A DNA stretch of 63,477 nt, the filler included, from Reticulomyxa filosa (Eukaryota > Protista > Foraminifera): NCBI GenBank assembly GCA_000512085.1. It is 23 parts of 23 records of this genome, joined end to end, with 100 filler letters (N's around TTAATTAATTAA, not from the genome) between each part and the next. Parts side by side here need not be neighbours in the genome. Positions count along the whole stretch, not along the records: positions 50,983 to 53,842 come from ASPP01044255.1; positions 53,943 to 55,422 come from ASPP01005873.1; positions 55,523 to 57,217 come from ASPP01011944.1; positions 57,318 to 58,317 come from ASPP01039755.1; positions 58,418 to 59,453 come from ASPP01024743.1; positions 59,554 to 62,085 come from ASPP01000097.1; positions 62,186 to 63,477 come from ASPP01000917.1; 16 more parts are not named here. One strand, written 5' to 3'. Made by a program: the position numbers and the translations under genes. Every line of letters begins with the position of its first letter. Position 1 is the first letter of the stretch. Of this stretch, positions 50,983 through 62,388 are shown piece by piece. A model generated the notes under the pieces. That model had not been told where the DNA came from. It made no database searches and saw only the letters and a program-made list of their open reading frames with translations.

Positions 50983-52300
50983 TTTATATATAATGAAAAT
51001 GACAACCTCTTGGGAGGAATGCAACACGAAGCAGAAAAAATGATAACGCAAAAGAAATAAAGGTGCTGACGGCATTATTTGGCAATGTAATTGAGGAAAG
51101 TGAGTTGAGAAAGCGTCTCGAAAAGAATAATAGGAATGTAGCCTTGGTGATTGAAAATTTGACATCAAGATTGACGAGCTTGGATGTACAATATATATAT
51201 GCATATATAACTGATAAAACCTAAAAAAATTAAAAACATATAAATATGTAGACCAAAGAGAGTAAAGAAAATGAGCAAAGGAATTGAAAAGAAGTCCGAA
51301 AAAGTGCAAAAAGATAAAGAAAATGAGAAGTGGGAGAAATTAGGCCAGGTATTAACTTGCAAGGATATTACAGTAATGAAAAATGCATGGAAAAAACAGT
51401 AGCGACAATCATCAAAGTAATATTTTACACTCGGATCATTCCATTCATGCCATTGGAGATTTGGAGACAGTGGTATCGGACAATTATCAATGTACATATC
51501 GATCACTTCCGGACTTTGCTATGAATTGAAAACCAACAAAATTAGACAGCTTGCGACAAATATTGAAGATTTGAGAGACAGAAGCGAAAATGCAATGAAC
51601 AGTAATGAAATTGCAAATCTGATCACAGAATTGCAAAAATTCGACATTACCGTTGTAAAACCACCAAGTTTGAAAGGGAATGATAGATTATGGAAAAAAT
51701 TCAAGCGGGTTATAAAGGTGATTTCAACCAGGTGTTCGACATTGGAAGATTCACAATATTATGCGATAATCCAAACAAATTACAAACAGCAGTAGCGGTA
51801 ATTAAGAAAGCGGAACAATTCAAATTGATTGTGTCTGAAGATAAAGATTTTTTTAATAAGAAATCCAAGACCCATCATCGATTTCACAATATTAAATTAT
51901 ATGGAAATTCAAGTAACATTAAGACACTTTACGACATTAGAAAAGTACACTTTCATTGAAAATCCAAAATTAAGTCATTTATTTTATGAACATATTCGAG
52001 CATGGAAACTTAATAATCAATTGGAAGAGGAATTGAAACAAGCAAGTGATGAAATATTGACAAAGATCAATGATATAATTTGTGAATGGATTGATGTAAA
52101 AGAAATCCAAAAAATTGCAAATCGTTACAAACCACATTCAGAAATTCGAATATTAAAACATCCATATTATGGATGAAACAAATCCAGCAAGTTGTGCCGA
52201 TGTCATATCAATAATAAATGATTCAAAAAACAAGAATTAGAAGAAGATGCAGCTATGTCACGAGCACTTGAAACATATATTCCGTTGCAAGCAACTCCTC
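50983..52300 (+). pseudogene. Paralog of 1-1027 with a RelA/SpoT-type nucleotidyltransferase domain; several frameshifts and deletions
   Basis: NLLGGMQH, KEIKVLTALFG, PGINLQGY, then KPPSLKGNDRLW/EKIQAGYKGDFNQVFDIGRFTILCD..EDKDFF..HHRFHNIKLY/MEIQVTL..SHLFYEHIR, and finally ALETYIPLQAT. Confidence 0.75.
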
Positions 52301-52324
52301 ATTTGTGGAGATAGAGATGAAAAA

Positions 52325-52750
52325 GCTTGTTATTCTTATCATACAATCAAAAACGAATACACGTTTATCTGTGAGTATCCAAGTCATGTTAAATTAGAAG
52401 GATACTGTGTTGAAACTGGTGGATAACAACAAAGACAGAAATCAAATCACCTTGTTATCTTTTAGTGGATCTTCAATGATAAAAAGACATAAATTGGTGA
52501 TGAAATATGTAAGTGTTTGGAGTAACATATCAAATAAATCAAATGGATTCAACAATAACAATCAATGAGTTCCTTTCATAGAAAATCGAAATCATCCAAT
52601 TATCATTGGAAGAGATCATTGATGACTGCGTGCAGTGATTGGTGAAATCATATTAGTGTGTTTGATTTAAATAAGTTTCAATTATTCAACATGATACTTT
52701 ATCAACTAATTTTATTCGTGGTCATCGGTTTGCATCAAAGTCAAGTTTAT
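52325..52750 (+). pseudogene. Kelch-like beta-propeller family fragment
   Basis: CYSYHTIKNEYTFICEYPSHVKLEGYC..ITLLSFSGS..KRHKLVMKYVSVWSN..NQ*VPF..HPIIIGRD..RAVIG, with stops and frameshifts. Confidence 0.55.
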
Positions 52751-53249
52751 TAAAGCATTTTATTGCTTTTTTGATATTTTAACTTTGTTGTAATCTATCC
52801 AAACAAAGAAACCATTTTGTTCAAGTCATCACAAACATACAACTGTTGTCTATCACTATCCTAATAACACTGCAATACAAATCCATTTCCATGGCGTGAA
52901 GCAGTAGTTTGCGGTTTCTAAGTTATTTTAGTTTATTTAATCTCCTTATGCTACAGTTTTGACCAGTTTGTTTTAGTTACCACATTGAAAAAAGACAATA
53001 GAATTGTTGACAATTAAAAATTGTTTTTTTAATGAATTGATGAATTGCAAGGAATAATTTATTTTGTTACAACAATTTCAATAAAGATTTGACAGATGTA
53101 AAAAGCACAAAAAATTTGAAACTAAATTTCAAATTAAAAAAGGCATCACTATTAAAACTTCATATTAAAAAAAAGGAAAAGAAGGAAAAAGCGAAAAATA
53201 AACTATTTCTTTTTGCTTTTGTCTTCTTTTCCTTTTTTTTTATTTTTTC

Positions 53250-53842
53250 CAGACAGTAACAATACTTTTTAGCAGCATGTTTTGCTTGGCTGTCGACAGT
53301 TCCTTTACTGGCTAACAATTCCTTTGAGTTTTTTTCTTCCAAAGATTTTTTTGTGTTGTCCCAATGTTGATATTCTTTAATTGTCTCTTGAGCAACAGCG
53401 ACCTCTTTTGTCAATGCTTCTATTATTTGTTTGTCCATTACTGCCTTTTTACATTGCTCCAAATTTGTATCTTTTATTAGCGTCAGTTCCTGGTTCAACT
53501 TTTTAGCTAATAATAAATTGTTTTTTCATTGAGCAATTTAATAAAAATATTAATTAAGATCTAATTATTCTCTCTTTTAATTTATTAGTAGATAGATTTT
53601 CAAACATTTTTCATGTAACTCTTGATTTTCATTGTGCAGCCTAGAGGTTACCTCCACGTGAAATAATAAGTCTTCTTGCATCTGCTTATTATTTTGACGC
53701 AATTGACGTGATTCAGCGTCGATCTCTTGTTCCAAAATATCACGAGCATGCTGTCTTACTTCTTTTAACTCCTTTGACAGCGTTTGTCGCAGCCGTTGTG
53801 TGTCAATTGCATGCTTGCTTTGGAAGGCTTCTAATGAAACTT
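53250..53842 (-). pseudogene. Coiled-coil protein fragment
   Basis: Charged, heptad-like LNQELTLIKDTNLEQCKKAVMDKQIIEALTKEV. Upstream part is broken. Confidence 0.35.
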
Positions 53843-53942
53843 NNNNNNNNNNNNNNNNNNNNNNNNNNNNNNNNNNNNNNNNNNNNTTAATTAATTAANN
53901 NNNNNNNNNNNNNNNNNNNNNNNNNNNNNNNNNNNNNNNNNN

Positions 53943-53983
<41 letters not shown>

Positions 53984-53989
53984 GTTGTT

Positions 53990-55380
53990 ATTAGTTGGCA
54001 ATATGACAACAAAGAAAATACCATGTTTCATCCCAAGGCGATTTGACTTGTTGCAACCACAAAGCACTTTGCAATCGCAATTTGGACACCGTCAGCTCGA
54101 CCCACTTTTTATGACTGAACAAATCTCGATAGTAAAATTGGTGCGCTCGGGACATTTGCCGCGCTTGCTCAATGAAGAACAGCTGTTGGACGACCGAGTT
54201 AAAAGTGTGGATATTGGTCGGAAAGGCCTTGAGCTTTTTTTCTACAAATGCAATTGGTCTTGCTGGTATTTCCAACCGCTTTTGTCTTTTTCCGCGCGAT
54301 TCAACAAAAACTGTCTCTGACTCGTCTGAGCATCGTTCCATCCTTTTCCAAATATGTTTTGCAAAGTCTTTTGGATTTTGGGACATCAGCGTCTCTCAGC
54401 CATTGCAAAAACGACGGTCTTTTCGTCGCCACCCACGACAGCTTTTCGGCCAATTCGGGCTCTTTGCTGCAAAACCGAGTCAGCACAGAGGACTGGTACA
54501 TTAGAATGAGATTCCACACGTTAATGCAATAGTACCCCAGTTTATCTTTTGAATTGTGCGACACTTGCGTGTCCTCTCCATATCTTACGGCGTTTGGTAA
54601 CAGTTCACTCAACACATTCACCAAGCCGAAAAAGAAGAAATCCGCTTCGTTGGAATATCCAAACAATATCTTTTTCACAATGCATATATTTATATGTGCA
54701 TATATTTATATGTGTATATATTATACATATATGTACACATATAATATATACACATATATGTATTTATAAATCTTTTGTTTTTAAAACATAGTAACCTTTT
54801 CATATTCAATCAACAGCTTTAAAAAATCTTCCAACAATCGATTAGCGAATGTCGACGATAACGAATCAGTTGGTTTCAAAAGCTTGTACATAAAGTGAAT
54901 AAGTGTGTATTGAATTGCCTTACGACATTTAATGTACAGGTTGTCCAATTCTTTTTGCGAGGGCCTCTTTCCTTTTTCTTTCTGCAAAGACTCCAGATCC
55001 GCCGTCGCGTAGTCGTCCAATGCCGCCTTGAACACTTTCAAAGTGGACAGCAGTCGCTGCATGACCTCGACCGGAGTCGGAATCTTTTCCAAATACGAAA
55101 AGTTGTTGTTCGTCGATTGACTCGACGCATTGCCTTTTGATGCGTGGTGCTTCGTCATCGTCGCGGACATGTTGGAAGCGAGTGTATTGGCGCCGGTCCG
55201 TTGAGATGTGTGTTTTTCCATCATTGACGACAAGGCCATTTCATCCTGGTTCGGAGCTGCTTTCGTCGGCGATCGCTTTTGTGGCAAGAGATCCATGTCA
55301 AAGTAATTTTGGAGTGTTAAGCAACTTGTTTCAATGCAGTGATAGACATTGTTCGAAAACATGGAGCTGCTTAATAACAA
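53990..55380 (-). CDS. Hypothetical protein, internal exons
   Basis: Coding-like exons (about 54795-55380 and 54000-54620) separated by (TA)n introns. No family recognised. Confidence 0.55.
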
Positions 55381-56543
55381 ACCTGAACAATTGATTTGTT
55401 TTATATACACATATATATATATNNNNNNNNNNNNNNNNNNNNNNNNNNNNNNNNNNNNNNNNNNNNTTAATTAATTAANNNNNNNNNNNNNNNNNNNNNN
55501 NNNNNNNNNNNNNNNNNNNNNNAAAAAAAAAAAAAAAACTTAAGTATCATACATCCACACAAAAAAACAAACTCCAGGGGGTGGAAATAACGGTCTTGCT
55601 TTCTTTGCAGAAAATTTCAATTGCGAATTGGTTATCGATTTCAAGTCCGATTGACGACGATCCATACTCTCACGTTCGGATATGGAAGACTCTTCTTCTG
55701 CTTTTTCCTTCTCCTCCAACCTACTTCCCTTCTTTGATTCTTCACGCTCTACTAACTCCTTTTCTTCCACTTTCCAGCGGATTTCACACTGACAGCACCA
55801 AAGCTGAAATGGATTTCTCAAATTTACTGATACTGCGTGCTGTTATGTGTACATGTTTGTTTTTATATACTTTTTTTTTTTATTATTTTTTTTTTTTTTT
55901 TACGAGTTTCAATTAGATGTTGTAAACAGTGCCTTTGTGATAAATATATGCTTTGACGCTTATTGCATCGCTCCAAACAGACACGAAAACAGACAACAAA
56001 AAATTACTCCATCTTTTTTATAATGTTCCAGCATGTGCTGTTGCCCTTCTTCCCCACAAGCAAGCAAATTGCATTGGGTACAACACCAACAATCTTCACT
56101 GGAACAGTTTCTACAAATATAACGTTTCTATATTTGTGTATATATGATTTTTTTTTTCTTTAAGATGCTTTTGAAGTGACATATAAATAAAGAAATTAAA
56201 AAAAGGCCAGGCCTATACGAGACATTGGAGGTCCGCAAATGGCGAATGATGGTAATCAATCTTTTTTTTGAGTCTTTTTCATTCAAACTAAAATGTTTGC
56301 AGTTAGTTGATGGATATGTTGATATGCTCATTACTCTAATCGCTCAATTTCATTAAAATTTATTATGAGATTCCCTACTAAAGAGCCTTGTTGATTGTAC
56401 CTCAATTGTCAATGCAGTAAAAAAAACACGCGAGTAATAAAAATTCTGGCTATAAAGACAAAAAAGCATTTATCGTTTTCACTACTAAAGTTTTTGCTCT
56501 CGGCTGGGGTTTTACCGTACGCTCTTTTTTTTTTGCAGGAAAA

Positions 56544-57173
56544 ATGGTATTCCCTCAATGGTGTGAAATCTTGGAGCAAAAACATCCATGCACTAACACT
56601 TGTAATGTGATTTCAAAAGAAGAGAAGATTCGAACTCTTAACCTGAGCACGCTCAAAGTATCATGTGGCCGTGCTCGTCTTTACTGTGTACAAATAGAAA
56701 GATTTACTAATAACCTATTTACATTGGAAATATTGTTGACATGCCTGACAGTACTACTATCATCACTTCAAGCTAACCCTTATTTGTTGCGACAAATAGT
56801 CGAACAAAAAGTAGATGAAAATGATCCTATCCTGAAGACAGCATTTGCAATAGCTCACAATATGAGAGCATCGCTGCTTGTGTCAGTGCTGTTTGATATT
56901 GTCAGTTATGTGAACCTGTTTGTTATAGTATTGGATTTGTGTCATGGGCTATATTTGTGGTATAACATCAAACAATCATTGCTGTATGTGCATCAGTATT
57001 TTAATAATACTCCAGATCAAAACGTCTTAAAGAACATTTTATTGTCTTTGTACATCTATCCGCTCTGTAGTTATGGTCATAGTCGATACCATTGGTGGAA
57101 CGGTTATCAAGGGTCATCTCTGCTAAGTCAAACCTTATTGGAATTGAAAGAGGTCCAAAAACAAGTAATTTGA
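56544..57173 (+). pseudogene. Possible degenerate serpentine membrane protein
   Basis: Several hydrophobic helices with a layout like the other 7TM-like genes. No clean upstream exons. Confidence 0.35.
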
Positions 57174-57707
57174 TTGATTTGTCATCAGTTTGTTTTATTT
57201 AATTTTTTTTTTTTTTTNNNNNNNNNNNNNNNNNNNNNNNNNNNNNNNNNNNNNNNNNNNNTTAATTAATTAANNNNNNNNNNNNNNNNNNNNNNNNNNN
57301 NNNNNNNNNNNNNNNNNAAAGCAAACAAGACAATTGCAGTTCGAAAAATTGAAAAAAAAAAATAATATTAAGAAAGAAAAAGAAATTACTGATTGCATAA
57401 TATGTAAAAATGATAAACGAACTAATATTTTATAGCGTGTACTGTATATCGACTTGCAGTCACAAGTTTTAACAAATTTTCATTACATGAATTTTACAAA
57501 ATATAAATCAAAAAGGGGCCACTTGCATAGTAGCACTAGTAGTATTATTATTATCACTTTTTGCATCAGCAGACGCAGCTGTAGGCTGAGCTCTTTGTTG
57601 TAAATATACTCTTCTTTCTGCGTGTCGTTGTGAGTAACTCATTACAGACCGCACATATATGACTTGGAATGTTCTTCCTTGACAATCTATCTTCAACAAA
57701 AAATCCG

Positions 57708-58160
57708 CTATTTCCTTCGTGCATAGTTGTGCTGTGTCACAAGATAATACAAGCCATAAAATATCAGCATTAAACCCAGTTCTACTGCACTTTGCTCGAT
57801 TATCACCAACAGGATACCTTGAAAAGGAAAGAGTAAAGATGAGATTGAAAAAAAAAAGGATTTTTTTTTTTGTGTGTTCAGTTCAAAGATGATCACCCCT
57901 TTTTTTTTTAATCACAAAAAAAAAACAAACCGAAAAGCTCCAAAACCAAAAGAATATACTCACTGATTGTGAGAATATTACATATTTTATAACACGAATA
58001 AAACCACTGATACACGTAGCGCGGTGTTTTACTCCCCATCAGTATGCTATTGACCAACCGATACAAGAAATACATAATCGATGAAACAAATATCATTCGA
58101 TAGAACATTGAATATACACTCCACAAGAACGGAGATCAACGTCACCACAAAATACGATTG
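57708..58160 (-). pseudogene. RNF121/RNF175-like transmembrane region, truncated before the RING domain
   Basis: TPRYVYQWFYSCYKI and GLMLIFYGLYY resemble RNF121 TPRLVYKWFLLIYKI and GISLLFYGLYY. The frame ends shortly after. Confidence 0.65.
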
Positions 58161-58417
58161 CCTGTGTTTTCTTTTCCAATACACAATACCCGCCTAATAT
58201 TTTTGATTTTTTTTTACGTTTTCAAAAAGGTTGGACTATGGCATTGTTTTCTTTTTAAAAAGACGAAAAAGGCAAGTGAGAACATAGATTTCAAAAGTGA
58301 GGATTTGCGAAGTTTTTNNNNNNNNNNNNNNNNNNNNNNNNNNNNNNNNNNNNNNNNNNNNTTAATTAATTAANNNNNNNNNNNNNNNNNNNNNNNNNNN
58401 NNNNNNNNNNNNNNNNN

Positions 58418-59275
58418 TTCAAAGCCAAAGTTGCCAAAGCCATGGGTTCGAGATGATAGAAATGGATAGGTGTCATGTGAGGGATGTTTATTGTAGGCAC
58501 GGTAACCCATGCGTAGCCCCCAGGGGCCAAATGCCGAAACACATTGCAAAAAATAATGAAAGGGTCGTAAAAATGTTCCATCATTTGATTCATCATTACA
58601 AAATTCCATTGTTTGAATGGCAAATCCATTACATACAAATCACCCACTCGTTTCTGCGAATAGGAAACATCTAGACATTTGTGCGTTTAAAACGGAGGGA
58701 GAGTGCGCTTTTTTTTTTTTTTTGTATCCCCTATTACAAAAAAAAAAAAAGTACAATGTACCTGTATGATTGCGGCATGTAATGTATGCAAATTCAGGGT
58801 CCGTCGTACCATCCACAGACAAGCAATAGTCAAATGAATGTAAACCGGACTCATTTAAAATTCGAATAAACTCTGCACACTCGATCGCACGACAAATTGA
58901 TTTTTTTTCCCAATCTTCGAGTTTTGGATGCTTGTAGGGCAGCCATGTGGCATTGCTAATCCATTGATATCGTGTGTGATATTCCTTTGGCTTTGCAACG
59001 TACTTATAGTATATGGCTGTCAATCCTTTGTCACTAAATAATCTTTGTGAAAAGTCCATTCCCCAACTTTTGGGATAGTTTGACTTGTCGCTCTCATCTT
59101 TGTTTTGGGTGACAAGAAAAATACGTGGCTGCAATATCCTATCTGTCTGTGTCTCTTGAGCACTGTCCGACGTCCCAAATTTTATCCAGTAGGTTCCATA
59201 TATTACTAAAAAAGTACAGATCACCAAACATATAATCAATCTAAATCTGCCATCTGCTAAATGTTTGGTTTGCAT
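58418..59275 (-). CDS. Type II membrane class I SAM-dependent methyltransferase, 3'-truncated
   Basis: N-terminal TM LIICLVICTFLVIYGTYWI. Later exon DLPFKQWNFVMMNQMMEHFYDP..FRHLAPGGYAWVTVP. Confidence 0.75.
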
Positions 59276-61309
59276 TGGCCTTTCTTTATCTTTGTTTTTT
59301 TACCGTGTTGGGGCCAACGTTTAGAAGTAGGCCTTCTTTTGGACTTTTGGGCGAAAGCGGCAAAACAAGTTTGTTTTCTAACGAACGAAATTAGACACAG
59401 TTGGAGATGTTATAAACGGCCTTGTTTGCTTTATATTAGCTAAACATTAAAAANNNNNNNNNNNNNNNNNNNNNNNNNNNNNNNNNNNNNNNNNNNNTTA
59501 ATTAATTAANNNNNNNNNNNNNNNNNNNNNNNNNNNNNNNNNNNNNNNNNNNNTTAAACGAAACTTTCATTGCTAAGCTAAAGTATCTTCTTTTTTTTTC
59601 TTGAGATAATCTTGATGATGCAAAGATGATGAAAAAGATGCTTTTCAACTTTTTTTTTTTAAGATCACCGAGGGTCAATAAAAAATTGAAATGAATTTTC
59701 TTTTGTTTAATAAATATAAACTTTGTAATGATAGATAAGTATTTTATTTTGTAAAATATTAAAACATCACAACAATAAGACATATTTTTTTCAATTTATT
59801 ATAGTAATTTTTTATGAGAAAATATTTACAAGCAAAACTTTGTATCTTATTGGACTTATAATCATATTCATTATTTATACATACAAAGAGAATATTAGAA
59901 ACTCATTTGAAACAATTCCCGTCAATAGTTTACGGATCATTTCCAGACTGGATCATTGAATTTAGAATAATTCTTTGTTCAATATTTTTCATCAAAATTA
60001 CTTTTTTTTGCCATAAATACACTCAAAAAAAAGTTATTAATAATTTTTGCAATTTGGTGAACAATAAAAGAAAATAAAATGGATATTTTCCATTGTTCAT
60101 CCAATCTCTCAAAAGTATTAAATGTTGGTACTTTATTCTTGTCCCAATAATTTCCAAAAATACAAAAGGATGGACAAAAATTCAGTACTCTTTTTAAAAC
60201 CACACAATTTATTCAATGCGATCTGCATTCATATGCGTGTTCAAAGATACAAACATTTACTTCTTTAAAAATTACATACTGTCCAAGGTTTACACGCCAG
60301 CACTTTGCTTTACTTTGAGATAAGAAAAACATTTGGTTAAAAAGTCCATTACAGATTCGGTAAACGTTTTTTAAATTTGTTTGTGCCTTTTATTTTAATG
60401 TTTGTCAGCTTTTTGTGAACAACCGTATGAAAGTCCGATATTGAATAATCAATTTTATTTCTTTTTTTGTCTGTTTATCATTTATTATTTGTCAATCATT
60501 TTACACAATCAAATTTATTTATGTTTCATCAAAATAAATAAACAAATCATTACCAGCTGTGAATAATCACAACACGCACTTTTATCTTCATGTAAGTTAG
60601 CGCTTATGTATATTTATCATCCATTCCTCAATACTGCAACACAATCAAATAAGGACTGGGTAAAGCGTCATCAATTTGTTTTCTTAAATTGAATATTTAT
60701 GCACTGATCTTGAAACAATATTTCTTAAAATTTACTTATATCCACCAAAGAACAAGATGATATTATTGATACACACATATGCATAATAATTGAATGATGC
60801 AATATCATCACAAACAGGTAGTTAATGAAATTGAAAAGTGCTGTTATCTTTATCATATTCTTTCTTTTTTTTTCCTTATCAATTTTCTGACTTTAATACA
60901 AAGCAATAAAATTAAATACAGTTACTAGTTGGTAAAGTATAGTGTCTAATAAAATGAAATATATCTGAATTACACACTAATGCTATTTTATTGATAAATG
61001 ATGATTGGAATTGTCTCAGATTTAATAGCTTTTGTAATTTGTGGAATGTGACATAGTTTTACTGTACAATTTGCAATACTTCATCAAATTGTTGTTGTAG
61101 TTGTTGATACTATACTTTTGGTATACGTAATATCAACATCAAGCATACTAAAATTAAATTGCTATTTGAATATTTTGACTACATGATAGAATCTTTATTC
61201 ATTTGTCGTTGAAAAAATTTATATAGGCACGAAATATGATATTATAATTTCTTTGTTTTCAAGGAAGAGTTTATATATAACATAGATCTTGGGATGCGAA
61301 AGTTTATAA

Positions 61310-61478
61310 GTAGACGCTAATTTTAAATTATCGGATGAAAAATACATGTGATTAATAAATAACTCCATTATGTTCTCCAGTGCTTAAATTTGTTTTTCTA
61401 AAGATATGCCTCATATTCGAATATTTTCGTCACGTGAATATGAAATAACTTTAGAACCATCTGATGAAAGTTGTATAA
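61310..61478 (-). pseudogene. Decayed WD40 (type 2) fragment
   Basis: IQLSSDGSKVISYSRDENIRI*G..YFSSDNLKLAS. Confidence 0.6.
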
Positions 61479-61824
61479 TATTTTTTAAAATAATGTAAAA
61501 TTTGTTCTGTTAATCATATTTGCTCATAACACAACAAAACGAATACAAATGTTCAATATGGATATATAATTCAACAAATTCATGATTTTCATTTTTTAAA
61601 AGAAAATAAATGATTTTTTTGTAACAAAAATTTAATAGTTTTTCTTGTTGTTGCAAAAAAAGAATTTAACTCTGTAATGGTATTTTCTATTGTCTCTTCA
61701 AGTGATATTTTGTTTGTATTTTGAATTTGGACATAACAACAAAAAGATTTTTCAAAAAAATATAAAAAATCACATGAATATGTTGTATATTTGGGATTAC
61801 TTTTCTTCTACCAGTAATTTGGTA

Positions 61825-62075
61825 CATTTCGTTCATCATCCAATTTAATCAATACATTCACCGAACAACAAACACTGTATGTAATATTGATTATTCAACA
61901 TTTGATGATTGTCAATTCATTTGTTCTGGATCAAATGATCAAACAGTTTTTGTATGGGATGTTGATAACAACAAACAAATTCGACCATTCAATAGACATT
62001 TAAATGATGTTTATTGTGTAAAATTTTCATCATATCATTATCATAATCATCGTCAAAATGTCATTTGTTCTTCGT
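61825..62075 (+). pseudogene. Decayed WD40 (type 1) fragment, paralog of 9975-10230
   Basis: IDYSTFDDCQFICSGSNDQTVFVWDV..VYCVKFSSYHYHNHRQNVICSS, close nucleotide similarity to 10040-10230. Frameshift near 61870. Confidence 0.85.
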
Positions 62076-62185
62076 TAACTGGCAANNNNNNNNNNNNNNN
62101 NNNNNNNNNNNNNNNNNNNNNNNNNNNNNTTAATTAATTAANNNNNNNNNNNNNNNNNNNNNNNNNNNNNNNNNNNNNNNNNNNN

Positions 62186-62388
62186 CATTAATGAATTGGA
62201 TGTGATATGTCCACGATAACTTCAACAAGTACATGAAGAAGGAGAAACACCTGGAATTGTTAGTTGTGATTCAAAGGAAAATTGAAACAGGTGAATGATC
62301 ATTTAGGACATTCTTGCTGTTTACAAATGGTTAAATGTTGGTTTGAGTCATTTGGATGCAATCACAAAAATTTAAAATCTGTGATCTA
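62186..62388 (+). pseudogene. TRAF-type zinc-finger fragment, paralog of 8790-9030
   Basis: INELDVICPR*..GETPGIVSCD../DHLGHSCCLQMVKCWFESFGCNHKNLKSVI, with a stop and a frameshift. Confidence 0.85.

Noticed and set aside
59554-61300. Possible gene relics in an AT-rich stretch
   Set aside because: Only short ORFs with no motif I can support.
2615-62185. Regularly recurring TTAATTAATTAA motif as a biological repeat or CRISPR-like array
   Set aside because: It is always embedded in a 100-bp N spacer, so it is an artificial all-frame stop linker. ORFs containing X runs are artefacts.
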